Positions 11,242-21,684 of a DNA stretch of 64,000 bases are shown in pieces; the stretch's first letter is position 1; each line of letters begins with the position of its first letter. A program made the position numbers and the translations under genes. The stretch is from an uncultured Verrucomicrobiae bacterium. GTDB lineage: Bacteria; Verrucomicrobiota; Verrucomicrobiia; Limisphaerales; Palsa-1400. Location: the NCBI GenBank assembly GCA_963707025.1, contig CAVPOM010000014.1:160001-224000 (forward strand). The letters are read 5' to 3'. A model generated the notes under the pieces. That model was given only the letters and a program-made list of their open reading frames with translations. It searched no databases and was not told the origin of the DNA.

Positions 11242-12242
11242 GCACAGAGCTTCCGGTAGATTTCCAAATATCGCTCCGCCACCTGCCGCCAAGTTGGCAC
11301 GGGAAAAGTCTGGTGGGGCAGACGTTGCGCCTGATCATAAAACGCCCTCAATGCCGGGGCAATCTTGCTGGCTCGCCCCAAGGCAACAAATTTCGCCGCA
11401 GGGACCTGGCCATATAGCCGGTTGGCCCACGGCAAATCCGTCAGCAGCAACGGCAGCCCGGCTGCGGCCGCTTCACAAACCGCGATGCAGTCACTCTCAA
11501 ATTGGCTGAACAGGACGAAACCCCGCGCCCCCCGCAACCACCGGTTCTTTTCTTCCCCTGCGGCGAACCCGGCATACCGCACCAACTTCCCATCCACACA
11601 TTGTTTGAATTCCAGGAAGTAGGGATCGTCTTCCGCGTACGGTTTCCCCAAAAAAACAACGGGCGTGCCGGCCAGTTGAGCCGCCCGGGCCAGTAAAACA
11701 TTGTTTTTCACCGGATAAAGGGTCGCCATGCACACCAGATAATCCTCTGCGTGCTGCGGGCGCGCCAATGCCGTCAGGGCTTGAGCTTCCAGCCCGTTCG
11801 GAATGATATGGCCGCGCTCCGGGTTGGCGTGGAAAAGATATTTGGCTGTTTCCCATTCGTGTTTCACCAGGTAAACCATGGCGTCAAGTTCCTGATAAAT
11901 GTCCCAACTCAGACGATCCAAAAAGCCTCCCGGCAATGCCTTGCGCGCCAGATCCGTCAAGGCGCGCTGGAGGAAAAGCTGCTTCCACCCTCGCGATGCC
12001 GTCTGGCCCAACATTTCCGTCATCACCACTTTATATCCCTTCTGATGGGCCGTGCGGACCGTGGCAATCGGCGGACGGCCCAGATGATGAATAATATCTC
12101 CTTTTTGCTTCTCGTCCCACCACCGCTCCGGCTCGACTTCGACCCCAAGCCCCGCCAGTTCGCGCATCAGCGCTTCGGTCGTCGTTTGCATGCCCCCATG
12201 CGCCAGAAAAAACGGCGGGCTGTTGAAAAACAACACTTTCAT
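11238..12242 (-). CDS. GT4 glycosyltransferase
   Basis: HGGMQ N-terminal motif, IIPNG, PVKN, SQFESDCIAVCEAAAAGLP; stop overlaps the next start. Confidence 0.88.
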   Translation of the reverse strand: MKVLFFNSPPFFLAHGGMQTTTEALMRELAGLGVEVEPERWWDEKQKGDIIHHLGRPPIATVRTAHQKGYKVVMTEMLGQTASRGWKQLFLQRALTDLARKALPGGFLDRLSWDIYQELDAMVYLVKHEWETAKYLFHANPERGHIIPNGLEAQALTALARPQHAEDYLVCMATLYPVKNNVLLARAAQLAGTPVVFLGKPYAEDDPYFLEFKQCVDGKLVRYAGFAAGEEKNRWLRGARGFVLFSQFESDCIAVCEAAAAGLPLLLTDLPWANRLYGQVPAAKFVALGRASKIAPALRAFYDQAQRLPHQTFPVPTWRQVAERYLEIYRKLCA

Positions 12243-12431
12243 CGCGCAGGATTGGCAGACTTCGATTTTAGCATAGTAGTCCGGCGGCAAATTGGTGTCT
12301 TTCAGCCGGCTAGACAAGCCTGATTTAACGTCCATTGCGAAAGAAACCAAACCAGTCTGCCAGAAAAAACTTGTCGCCCGAGCTCCAATTTCTCATCATT
12401 CATGGCAGTTGACCGGAGCGGCTTGGACTAA

Positions 12432-13406
12432 TTGCAGGGGCTGCTTAAACAAACCGAACAACTGGCAGGTCGAAACATGGATTTTCTCGCCACTCAATTG
12501 CTTGGGTTTTGGAAGGGCTCCAAAGTCGGGGATTTTCGCCGTGCAAACGATTTCCCCTGCTGGTGCGGGGAGAGGCGCTCCCGTGGCGTTTGCCAACAGA
12601 TGTTCGGCCGCCGCCATTTCATGGTATTGGAGTGTGGTTCCTGCAAGACCCATCGCATCCTGCCGCGCGCCCTGGCGATGGCTTCGGATGCGGAAAAGCT
12701 CTACAACGAGTTTGCCAGGGAACAACTGTCCCAGGCGCTGCAGGCAGACTTAGCCCGCCGCATGCTGCGCCGTTTGCGGACCGTCCAGGTCGAGTTTACG
12801 CCGACAACAAGGGTGCTGGACGTGGGGTGCGGGACCGGGTTGACCCTCAATGCCGTTTGCAACGAATATGGGTGCGAGGGAAAGGGAATAGACGTGGACA
12901 AACGAAGCATTGAGCAGGCCAGGGCGAGAGCGAGCAAAGCGGAGTTCGAATGCGGTTTGTTCGAGGCCAAGGCGCTGGCAGGCCCCTACGATGTCATCAT
13001 TTCCAGCGCGGTTATCGAGCATGTAACCGACCCGCTTGGTTTCTTGAAGGAGTTCAGCGCCGTGCTCAAGCCCGGCGGCTCCATTTTTCTCTTGACTCCC
13101 AACGCGGCCAGCCTCAATTACCGGCTCCTTGGAAGTTGGTGGCGGGAATTGTTGTCCATTGGCGAGCACATCTACCTGTTCACTCCGGAGAGTCTTGCAC
13201 TCTGTGCCAGGCAAGCCGGCTTCGAATTGGTCAAGGCGTCTTCGGATTTCGACTTCAGCCCGTTCTCATTCAAGTTTCGAACCGCCAGGGAACTGGCCAT
13301 TCAAGCATGGAGCTGCTATCGCCGCGTCATTAAGCGCCTGGCCCAGGTTTTCTCGACCGCACAAACCGGAGATATTCTCTTTGTGCATTTGCGCAAGCCT
13401 GCGTAA
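12432..13406 (+). CDS. Class I SAM-dependent methyltransferase with N-terminal Cys cluster
   Basis: CWCG...CGSC, VLDVGCGTG, VIEHVTDP, LKPGG, TPN, EHIYLFTPESL; start may be 12477. Confidence 0.9.
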   Translation: MQGLLKQTEQLAGRNMDFLATQLLGFWKGSKVGDFRRANDFPCWCGERRSRGVCQQMFGRRHFMVLECGSCKTHRILPRALAMASDAEKLYNEFAREQLSQALQADLARRMLRRLRTVQVEFTPTTRVLDVGCGTGLTLNAVCNEYGCEGKGIDVDKRSIEQARARASKAEFECGLFEAKALAGPYDVIISSAVIEHVTDPLGFLKEFSAVLKPGGSIFLLTPNAASLNYRLLGSWWRELLSIGEHIYLFTPESLALCARQAGFELVKASSDFDFSPFSFKFRTARELAIQAWSCYRRVIKRLAQVFSTAQTGDILFVHLRKPA

Positions 13407-13445
13407 GATCGCTTTGCCTCCGGCCCCATCGCGGCAATACCTTCA

Positions 13446-14432
13446 TTATTCTAAACTCCCCGGCGTCGAACGCTTAAACTGATTCCATGATTTTGCAGTG
13501 ACTCGGACGAAGCCGGCGCCGAAAATCCTGGCCATCCACTGAAACAGGCCATACCGCCAGTGCGGGGCAGGCGAAATTAGAAGCAACCCGACATGATAGC
13601 GCAGCAAGCGCGGCGACAACGTGTGCCCAAATCGCAGCAGAAAACGCACGGACATGGGCGAACGTCTCTGCAAATCTGTACGGTCAAATTTCATTCCGGA
13701 ACCAGGAGGCAGCATCGCCAGAATTCGTTTGTGTTCCACATAGAAGGTCGGGAGGTGCCGGCCGCTCCGTTCCACCTGGCTGCTTCCCCGGTCCCAACCG
13801 TAGTGGCCACGGTTGAAAGCCACCGTTCGACTGCTCTGCGCCGCGCCGCCATCCGCCATCAGCTCGGCCCACATTTCCCAATCGCCACACATGAACGAGG
13901 TCGCTCGGAACCCCCCCAGCCGCCTGGCCGAAGAAACCCGGAACAGATGCCCCGCAAACGGGAACGGCGCGTAAAGGATGTCCCTCAAATCCCTCTCCAC
14001 CCAGCGGCCGGCGACCGGCCGCAAATCTTGTTCCGGCCACGCCCTGCACTGTTCATCCACGAAAATTGTCCTCCCGAAATACAACGCGCGCCCCGGCGCC
14101 TCTTTCTCCAACTCCATCATCGCTTCCACGAAAACTGGCGCTAAATAATCATCGTCATGCAAAATGGAAATCCACTCCGTCCGGCACAATTCCAGACACG
14201 CATTCCAATTGCCAAAAAGTCCCCGCCGCTTTGGATTTCTGAAGTAATCAATCCGCGGGCCAAACTCCGCTTTCACGAAACCTTCCAGCATGGGGTCCGG
14301 TCCGCAGTCTTCCACCACCATCACGCGCGCGGGAACGGTTTGGTTCAGCGCGCTGGAGATCGCCTGCTTGACATATTGCCGCCGATTGTAAACGGTAATG
14401 GCAACCGTGATCTGGTCCGCGGAGAGGCTCAT
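13446..14432 (-). CDS. GT2 glycosyltransferase
   Basis: VAITVYNR, VEDC, GLFGNWN, ILHDDD, GDWEMW. Confidence 0.9.
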   Translation of the reverse strand: MSLSADQITVAITVYNRRQYVKQAISSALNQTVPARVMVVEDCGPDPMLEGFVKAEFGPRIDYFRNPKRRGLFGNWNACLELCRTEWISILHDDDYLAPVFVEAMMELEKEAPGRALYFGRTIFVDEQCRAWPEQDLRPVAGRWVERDLRDILYAPFPFAGHLFRVSSARRLGGFRATSFMCGDWEMWAELMADGGAAQSSRTVAFNRGHYGWDRGSSQVERSGRHLPTFYVEHKRILAMLPPGSGMKFDRTDLQRRSPMSVRFLLRFGHTLSPRLLRYHVGLLLISPAPHWRYGLFQWMARIFGAGFVRVTAKSWNQFKRSTPGSLE

Positions 14433-14648
14433 CGGGCAACTGACTTTGCAGGCCGGGCGCACAAGACAAACACTAACCCGGCTCCTCTATCGGTTGCGTC
14501 CATCTTCTTCGCCAGGGGGTCGAGGTTTCTCATTGGCCCTTTTGTAAATCGCTTGTCTGGGTTCGCATGGCGTTTGGTAAATGGCCCACTGCCAGATTTA
14601 TGAAAATCTCTGGCGCATGAATGACACCCGGCCTGCAAGAAAAGATCT

Positions 14649-15371
14649 TCACTGCTTTTGCTCCATGACCGGCTTTTCGCGGCGGGTCTCGCACCAGCGC
14701 AGGAACCTTGCTATGTCCGGAGCCAGCAACATCGGCAGTGCTTCAACCACCGCGGCATGCTCCCAATTCCACCAGGCGATTCTTTGCAGTTGCTCGATCA
14801 CATCCGGATCGAAGCGAAATCTCTTCACGCGCGCAGGATTGCCGGCGGCGATAGCGTAAGGGGGAATGCTTTTGCTGACCACGCTGCGCGCGCCGACCAC
14901 ACATCCGTTTCCCAGGCTAACACCGGAGAGAATCGTGGCTCCGTGGCCGACCCACACATCATGGCCGATAACAACGTCTCCTTTCGTCGCCGGGTGCCCG
15001 GTGTGCCTTTTGGCTTCAGGCCAAAGCACACTGAAAGGATACGTTGTCACCCAGTCCATGCGATGCTCGCCGCCGAGAAGAATGACGACTTGGTCGGCGA
15101 TGGAACAATACTTGCCGATTTTAAGAGTCGCTGCCTGGCCCCAACTATGGACGATTGGATCCCCGTAGCTCCATTCTCCAATTTCGAAGGCAGAGTAGTC
15201 AGGGTTCTCCGACATGAAGCGCGCCAAGGGCTCGGTCGGTTTCCCAAGATGCGAAGCCATGCGGCGGAGACCGGAGGCCAGCAAGGTGCCGACCGATGAA
15301 AGGGTCCGTCCTGGAACAGCGGCGCGTTGCATATCGGTGAGTGATCTTGGGCCAAACCCGGGTTCTTGCAA
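14649..15371 (-). CDS. CatB/Vat-related hexapeptide O-acetyltransferase (probably acting on the polysaccharide)
   Basis: LKIGKYCSIA, HRMDWVTTYPF, KGDVVIGHDVWVG, GNPARVKRFRF, IAWWNW; start uncertain. Confidence 0.88.
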   Translation of the reverse strand: MQEPGFGPRSLTDMQRAAVPGRTLSSVGTLLASGLRRMASHLGKPTEPLARFMSENPDYSAFEIGEWSYGDPIVHSWGQAATLKIGKYCSIADQVVILLGGEHRMDWVTTYPFSVLWPEAKRHTGHPATKGDVVIGHDVWVGHGATILSGVSLGNGCVVGARSVVSKSIPPYAIAAGNPARVKRFRFDPDVIEQLQRIAWWNWEHAAVVEALPMLLAPDIARFLRWCETRREKPVMEQKQ

Positions 15372-15423
15372 GATTTTTCTACAAGGTTGCCACGGCTAAA
15401 ACAGATTCGCCAAACGCAACTCA

Positions 15424-16824
15424 TCAACCGCTAAACGCCATGGCCCGGCAAAACCGCCGCACGGTCAAAGGTTGCCCTTGGAACCCCCGCCTCACCGTAA
15501 ACCAGTTGCTACAAGCCGTCTCCGCGATGAAAGGCGCGGCCAGCAATCCCCAAAGGCCAAAAAGTGGGGTCAGAATCAAACTGCATGCGATGACGCCAAG
15601 CCCTGTAAACAGGCCGATTCTAAAAAACGGCACCACGTTTTCTGTAAAGGCCAGGGAACCAAATTGCAGATAAAAAATTTGCTGTGTCAAGTAAATCAGG
15701 TAAAATGCCAAACAGGACGGCGGCAGCAAACGCGTCTGCGTCCCCTTCCAGGCCAGCAAAACATTCCCCGCAAAAAAAACAAGGAGCGCCAGCCCGACAA
15801 ATGACCCCATGACTAAAGTCAGCCGTCGGGCGAACAGCCGCGCCATTTCCTCCAGCCGCCCTTGCGTGCGCAAGATGGCGATTTCCGGCCACTTGACCGT
15901 CAGCCAGAGACAGGCGAAACTCATCAGGAAGCTCCCTACTTGCGCCGTCAATCCGTAGGACGCCGTAATTTTCTCACCCAAAAAGCAGCGGCATATTAAA
16001 ACGGGGCCGTTCATCACGGAATAACCTCCGATGGAGAGGATGCCAAACTTATAAGCGTTGGGCCACAGCTTCCTGATAATCTGCGGGTCCGGCATCACTT
16101 TTTCCTCCGCAGGCGGAAGTGCTTGCAGGCATGCTTGCCGGCACTTCTGCCGCATGATCAACCCTTTCAGAAACGTCGCCACGACCATGGCCCACAAACC
16201 TGCCCCCAGGCAAAGCAGAACTGCCGCGCAGCACACGTAACCAAGACCGCTGAAAATGGCGGCGATCTCCATGTCGCGAACCCGGTTCAATCCCTGGGAA
16301 GCCATCATCCAGTAACTGGTGGCCAGATTATACCCAATGGCGATCAGGAATACCGCCCACAACCACCAAACCTTCTCTGGAAATCCGCTCTCGGCCGCCG
16401 GCTTTAACAAAAAAATAGTTCCACCAACCGCCAACAGCAACAGCGCCCCCAGCGACAATTTCAAATAAAGCCGCTGCAAAGTCGCATTCAATTGCTGGAT
16501 CCGCGCAAAATTGGGCTTGCCATCGCCCTTCGCCGCCGGCATCCCCTCCGTGTCAAAATCTTCCGCCCCGGCCCACAAATAGCTATAGACCCGCGGGATG
16601 GCCGATCCAAATCCAAAATCCGCCAGATTGCCAAAATTCCCCAGCGCCACAAAGACCACCCACATGGCGTATTCGGTCGAAGTCAGCTTCATCAACACCA
16701 GTGGGAGCAGCAGCAGATTGGCCCCGATGCGGAGACCGTTTCCCAGGACGCCCATTAGCATGGCCGAACGCCACACTCGTTGCCAATGGGAGCCTAACGC
16801 GGACAACTTCATTTTTTGCATCAC
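15424..16824 (-). CDS. Polysaccharide flippase (Wzx-like)
   Basis: About 12 TM segments, LADFGFG motif, ASYGLT; context in a glycosyltransferase cluster. Confidence 0.75.
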   Translation of the reverse strand: MMQKMKLSALGSHWQRVWRSAMLMGVLGNGLRIGANLLLLPLVLMKLTSTEYAMWVVFVALGNFGNLADFGFGSAIPRVYSYLWAGAEDFDTEGMPAAKGDGKPNFARIQQLNATLQRLYLKLSLGALLLLAVGGTIFLLKPAAESGFPEKVWWLWAVFLIAIGYNLATSYWMMASQGLNRVRDMEIAAIFSGLGYVCCAAVLLCLGAGLWAMVVATFLKGLIMRQKCRQACLQALPPAEEKVMPDPQIIRKLWPNAYKFGILSIGGYSVMNGPVLICRCFLGEKITASYGLTAQVGSFLMSFACLWLTVKWPEIAILRTQGRLEEMARLFARRLTLVMGSFVGLALLVFFAGNVLLAWKGTQTRLLPPSCLAFYLIYLTQQIFYLQFGSLAFTENVVPFFRIGLFTGLGVIACSLILTPLFGLWGLLAAPFIAETACSNWFTVRRGFQGQPLTVRRFCRAMAFSG

Positions 16825-17591
16825 GAGCGCCTCGAAAACAAGTCGCGAACTCTCCTTAGCGCGCGATAGACCGGCAGATGATAGGCCCGCCGATACCAGT
16901 CATTCTCGACCATGCCCGCCAGATAGGCCTTGTAGTTCTCCTGGATCCGCCCGCGCAATGGTTCGGCCTCGCAAAAACGCATCGTCCCGACTTCGATCAA
17001 AAAAATCGAACCCGGCAGTATGTGCGGATGAAAGGAACGTCTGCTGGCTGCTAATTCATTGAGAAAAACCTGCAATCCGGTGAAAACCAGATTCGCGTCG
17101 TGAAAGACAATGACGCCGTTCTCCGCCAGCACCGAGAGGCAAAATCGCGCATCCCCCAACATGGCCTCGTCAGTGTGTTCGCCATCTATAAAACACAATC
17201 GCGGGCGAACCCCAATTATGTTCTCCGTCATACTGGCGGTCGTGGTTTCAAACGTCTTGATTTTAGAAACATCCGCGCCGGGGATCTGCTTGAGCGATTC
17301 CAACATGCTAGCCGTGCTCACGGGCACGTAATGCTGCGTCCCCCGTGTATCGGGCGTGGCGCCCGGGCGCGGGTCAATCGAAATGATCCTTCCACACTTG
17401 GGATCCAGCACATGCGGCTGGAGCGACCCCCCCATGTGCGATCCGACCTCTAAATAGACATAGCCGGGAAACTTCCGGCGGATGGCCGTCTGAACCGCCA
17501 AAAGTGAAACACGATCGTCATCCGTGGCCTGGCTCACCACATGCCCAAACAGACTTAAATCAAGCTGTTCAATTCTTTCCTCAATCGTCAT
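16821..17591 (-). CDS. Class I SAM-dependent methyltransferase (Methyltransf_24-like)
   Basis: YLEVGSHMGGS, SIDP, FIDGEHT, IVFHD. Confidence 0.85.
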   Translation of the reverse strand: MTIEERIEQLDLSLFGHVVSQATDDDRVSLLAVQTAIRRKFPGYVYLEVGSHMGGSLQPHVLDPKCGRIISIDPRPGATPDTRGTQHYVPVSTASMLESLKQIPGADVSKIKTFETTTASMTENIIGVRPRLCFIDGEHTDEAMLGDARFCLSVLAENGVIVFHDANLVFTGLQVFLNELAASRRSFHPHILPGSIFLIEVGTMRFCEAEPLRGRIQENYKAYLAGMVENDWYRRAYHLPVYRALRRVRDLFSRRS

Positions 17592-17826
17592 CGCTGTCTG
17601 TCATGCTATCTGCTCCGGGAAAATGCGCCATCCTAAATTCTCTCCTGCCTCCAGGACGCCCGCAAAAATCCGATCCGCCAGCCACTTTCCAAACCCATCC
17701 CGGCAACGCGGCCACATGCGGCGTCAAACATTCGCCTCAAACGCCGCCACCCGCGCCCCGGACTGGACATGCTTGCAGAGCAGCGACTGCCTGCCGTCCC
17801 GCCGGGAGGATCGGGATGGGAGGGAG

Positions 17827-18741
17827 TCAACCCGATTTTTTCGCGGAGATGCAATGATAAAAACCAAGCCCGTTGCCCGTGTGGCGTGGGGGAAGTTTTG
17901 CCGGCGTCTTCCGCGGGACAGGCGTCCCGCCGGTCGGGACGTCCCGAGCCACATAATCAAGCGCGGCCCAGTCATGGCGGTAGCCACCCAGGCGCAAGGC
18001 CAGGCGGTTGCACCAATTCAACGGCGGAAAAGCCCTGGCCGACAAATAATCGCCGGAAGTCGGCTCGGTGTGGACGCGGATATCTTCCAACGGCAGCCGG
18101 GCCAGCATCCCCAAAATTTCCTTTCGCGTATAAGCCTTGGTCCCGATGCTTTCCAGGTGGTGCCACAGGACCCAGCCCAGCGATTTCCACGGGCGCCCCT
18201 TCAATAAGGCGTGCTTGATCCATTGATTGACGGCAAAGACGGAATGGCGGTTGTAGAGCATGATTTTGAGTTCACCGCCGGGGCGGATAACCCGGACCAG
18301 TTGGCCAATGGCCTTGGCGGTATCGGGGGAATGGTGCAAGACGCCGAAGGAATAGCCCAAATCAAACCGATTGTCCTCGAATGGAAGATTTTCCGCGTCC
18401 GCCACACAGATTTGTTCCGGCGCGCGCAGGTGGTACTGCTCAATCCTGTGGCGCAAGTTCTCCAGCGCTTCTTGCGTCAGGTCAATTCCCGTTGCCGCCG
18501 CCCCGGCCCGCAGCCATTGGATAAAGTCGGTGCCGGCGCCGAAGCCGACCTCCATCACTTTCTTGCCCCGATAGCGTGAAAACTGGGCGAAAGCGTGGAT
18601 GAACGGCTGGTCCAGGTAACGGAACGTTTCGATTTCCTCGAAGTATTCCAGCGTGAATTTGTCCGCCCTGGCCACCTGCGTGTCGCAGCTCTGCTGGTTC
18701 CAAAACTGCCGCACTTTTTCTTTGAGGTCTGGTTCAGGCAT
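17827..18741 (-). CDS. Class I SAM-dependent methyltransferase
   Basis: MEVGFGAGTD, GIDLT, ADAENLPF, SFGVLHH, RVIRPGG. Confidence 0.9.
   Translation of the reverse strand: MPEPDLKEKVRQFWNQQSCDTQVARADKFTLEYFEEIETFRYLDQPFIHAFAQFSRYRGKKVMEVGFGAGTDFIQWLRAGAAATGIDLTQEALENLRHRIEQYHLRAPEQICVADAENLPFEDNRFDLGYSFGVLHHSPDTAKAIGQLVRVIRPGGELKIMLYNRHSVFAVNQWIKHALLKGRPWKSLGWVLWHHLESIGTKAYTRKEILGMLARLPLEDIRVHTEPTSGDYLSARAFPPLNWCNRLALRLGGYRHDWAALDYVARDVPTGGTPVPRKTPAKLPPRHTGNGLGFYHCISAKKSG
17911..17952. repeat. REP-like palindromic element inside the methyltransferase coding sequence
   Basis: Hairpin GCGGGAC-aggc-GTCCCGC (17913-17930) next to a perfect 14-bp palindrome TCGGGACGTCCCGA (17934-17947). Confidence 0.5.
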
Positions 18742-18930
18742 GGCAATCGGTCCTTTTCAGCGGGCGCACAGGTTAAACTCAGGTTCTGATCAGCGCTGCA
18801 AACAAACTCTTCGTATCCGTCGCGCTGGACATCTCCCGCAACGTATAGCCGCCGGGCCAGCCAAAAAAGCACAATCTGTGGGCGGCCCCGCCTCGGGCGC
18901 ATCTCGCCACTGCCACCGCGCGCTTCTTCT

Positions 18931-18971
18931 CCCTTCTCCACAAACTTGTGGAGGAGAAGGGCGGGGTGAGG
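18931..18971. repeat. REP-like hairpin, CCCT(T)CTCC...GGAGA(A)GGG..GGGTGAGG type, copy 1
   Basis: cccttctccacaaacttgtggaggagaagggcggggtgagg; related copy at 24714-24746. Confidence 0.65.
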
Positions 18972-19176
18972 AGGATTCAATCAAGCGCGGGATCAACGGT
19001 TCCCTCCATCCATGGTGGTCGTATCAAGACGCGGCCCCTTTCCACCTCTCCTCTTTTCTTGCTGGCAAACACCAGGCGCTCTTGCTACAAAGCCCGCGCA
19101 TGAACCGTTTGTCGTTTGGCGGCAATATGATAATTTTATTAACTGGCTCCTTTAAGGATCCGCGCGAGTATTTGGG

Positions 19177-21123
19177 GTGAGCGATATTTCTCCATTGGCC
19201 TCTGCCTCGCCGGAAAATCCGGCGGGACGCCCAGGCCCCTCCTTCCGGCAACGGGTGGACGGGTTTTGCGAGCGGGGCATTTTGGGCGCGGTCCTGGTGA
19301 TTCTGGTCTGGGGACCGCTGGCCTACGGGGCGGTGCGGGTCAATCCGGACAGCCAGGAAGTGCCGCATTTGTATGGACTGCTGGTCATCCAGGGTTTGAC
19401 GGCGCTGGCGCTGGCCTTGTGGGTGGCGCGGTTTTTTACGCAGCAGCCCTTCCGGTTGTTGTGGCCTCCGGTCTGCTGGGCCGTGCTGGCGTTCGTGCTC
19501 TACGCCATTGTGCGCTGCCAGGTGGCCGAGCTGCAGTATGTGGCGCGGGAGAATTTGCGGTGCGTGATATTATACGGGGCGCTGTTTTTTGTCATTGTCA
19601 ATAATTTAAACCGGCGGGAATCGGCGACCCTGGTGGCGGTGGTGTTGATCGCGGTGGCGGTGGGAGAGTCGCTCTTCGCGTTTTACCAGTTCACGACGCA
19701 TTATGCCAGGGTGTGGGCGGTGCTCAAACCGGCGGGGTATGCGGTGCGGGGGAGCGGCACTTATGTCAATCCGAACAACTTTGCCGGCTTTGTGGAGATG
19801 GTTCTGCCGCTGGCCCTGGCTTATACGGTGATGGGCCGTTGCAGCGCGACGGTCAAGGTGTTGCTGGGTTACAGCGCGCTGGTGATGTTGGCGGGGGTGG
19901 TGGTGTCGCAGTCCCGGGGCGGGGTGATCGCGATGGGGACGACGCTGGCAGTGTTTTGCGTGGTGCTGTTGTTTCAGCAAGATTATTGGCGGCGAGGGGC
20001 GCTGGCGCTGGGAGCCCTGGTCTTGGCCGCGGTGGTTTTGATGCAGCAGTTCGGGGCGGTGGAAAAGCGGTTCGGAGACGTCCTGATGGACAAGAACGAC
20101 GGGCGCTATACCTATTGGATGGCGGCGGAGCGGATTTATCACGAGCACGTGTGGTGGGGGGCCGGGCCGGGGAGTTTCCGCTATCTCTACCCGATGTGGG
20201 CCTCGGTCTATGCGCAAGGCACTCCGGCCAACGCGCATAATGATTATCTGACGACGCTGTGCGAGTGGGGATTGGCGGGGTTTGGCATAGTGCTGGTGGC
20301 GCTGGGGTTGCTGTTTAGCGGGGTGATCCGGATTTGGCCTTATCTGAGGAGAGGTTCGGGTGACCTGGGAGGGAAGAACAGTTCCAGAGCGGCTTTTGTT
20401 TTGGGGGCGTCGCTGGGGTTGGCGTCCATTTTGATCCATTCGGAAGTGGATTTTAACATGCAGATTCCAGCCAACGCGGTCACCGCCATCACTCTCATGG
20501 CATTGTTGAGCGCGCACTGGCGTTTTGGCACGGAGCGCTACTGGGTCAATCCGGGGAATTTCGGCAAGATTCTGCTGGCGCTCACGGCGGTTGGAGCGGT
20601 CTGGTTTTTAGGGCGGGAAGGCGTCCAGGCCGGCCGGGAATTCTACTGGCTGGAGCGCGGGTGGAAAGGCCAGGTGGAGGGGTTGAAGAAGGCGCAGCAG
20701 ATCGAGCCGGGCAATTTTATGACGGATTATGAGTTGGGGGAAGCTTGCCGGCTGGAGGCCTGGCGGGGCGAAGCCGGGACCGACGATCTGGCCCGGGAGG
20801 CGATGCGCTGGTTTGAGCGGGGGATGGTCCTGAATCCTTATGATTTCGAGTCGCGCTTGGGCTATGGGATGTGCCTGGACTGGCTGGATCGGCCCAAGGA
20901 GGCGACCAGGTACTTCGTGCAGGCCCTGCACCTGAATCCGAACGGCGCCAGGGTGCAGTGGAAGTTCGCCTGGCACTGTGCGATACTTCGGAATTATCCG
21001 CTGGCCAAGGTTTGGCTGGAGCGTTCCTTGTTTTGGGTGCCCACACCGGAGGCGAAGGCACTCTTGGAAACGGTGAACGAAAAGATCGCCCAAGGCGCCC
21101 AGGCCGGCCCGAAAGGACGCTAA
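19177..21123 (+). CDS. O-antigen ligase family protein with C-terminal TPR repeats
   Basis: GTYVNPNNFAG, SQSRGG, GAGPGSF, AHNDYL (Wzy_C), IHSEVDFNMQIPAN; TPR-like tail (LNPYD, ALHLNPN). Confidence 0.9.
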   Translation: MSDISPLASASPENPAGRPGPSFRQRVDGFCERGILGAVLVILVWGPLAYGAVRVNPDSQEVPHLYGLLVIQGLTALALALWVARFFTQQPFRLLWPPVCWAVLAFVLYAIVRCQVAELQYVARENLRCVILYGALFFVIVNNLNRRESATLVAVVLIAVAVGESLFAFYQFTTHYARVWAVLKPAGYAVRGSGTYVNPNNFAGFVEMVLPLALAYTVMGRCSATVKVLLGYSALVMLAGVVVSQSRGGVIAMGTTLAVFCVVLLFQQDYWRRGALALGALVLAAVVLMQQFGAVEKRFGDVLMDKNDGRYTYWMAAERIYHEHVWWGAGPGSFRYLYPMWASVYAQGTPANAHNDYLTTLCEWGLAGFGIVLVALGLLFSGVIRIWPYLRRGSGDLGGKNSSRAAFVLGASLGLASILIHSEVDFNMQIPANAVTAITLMALLSAHWRFGTERYWVNPGNFGKILLALTAVGAVWFLGREGVQAGREFYWLERGWKGQVEGLKKAQQIEPGNFMTDYELGEACRLEAWRGEAGTDDLAREAMRWFERGMVLNPYDFESRLGYGMCLDWLDRPKEATRYFVQALHLNPNGARVQWKFAWHCAILRNYPLAKVWLERSLFWVPTPEAKALLETVNEKIAQGAQAGPKGR

Positions 21124-21198
21124 CATCCAATTCATCGGTTTTCTTGCGGGCGCGAATTGTCTTTGCCGCTGCCAAAACCGGGCTACTTTCTCCCTGCT

Positions 21199-21684
21199 AT
21201 GCCATCATTCGACATCGTTTCGGAAGTCAGTCCCATGGAAATTGACAACGCCGTCAACCAGGCCAAAAAGGAGCTGGCCAACCGCTTTGATTTCAAAGGC
21301 AGCCGCGCGGAAATCCTCCTCGAAAAAAATGAAATCAGCCTCTCTGCCCCGGACCATTTCAAAATCGCCGCCCTCCACGAAATCGTCATCGGCAAACTCG
21401 CCAAACGCGGCGTCAGCCTCAAAAATGTCCAGTCCCTCCCGGCGGACCTCTCCCCTCTCGGCCACGCCCGCCAGGTCATCAAAATAAAACAAGGCCTCGA
21501 ACAACCCGTCGCCAAACAAATCACCGCTTTTATCCGCGACACCCGCTTGAAGGTTACCTCCCAAATCCAAGGCGACGCCGTCCGCGTCACCGGCAGGAAC
21601 CGGGACGATTTGCAGGCGGTCATCGCCGCTGTGCGCGGCCAGGACTTCCCCGCCGCCCTGAGTTTTCAAAATTTCCGCGATTGA
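21199..21684 (+). CDS. yajQ: YajQ family nucleotide/c-di-GMP-binding protein
   Basis: MPSFDIVS, NRFDFKGS, QIQGDAVRVTG.NRDDLQ, FQNFRD C-terminus. Confidence 0.96.
   Translation: MPSFDIVSEVSPMEIDNAVNQAKKELANRFDFKGSRAEILLEKNEISLSAPDHFKIAALHEIVIGKLAKRGVSLKNVQSLPADLSPLGHARQVIKIKQGLEQPVAKQITAFIRDTRLKVTSQIQGDAVRVTGRNRDDLQAVIAAVRGQDFPAALSFQNFRD

Noticed and set aside
14649..15371. Chloramphenicol/streptogramin resistance gene
   Set aside because: Same fold, but it sits directly downstream of the flippase in a glycan operon; sugar O-acetylation is more parsimonious
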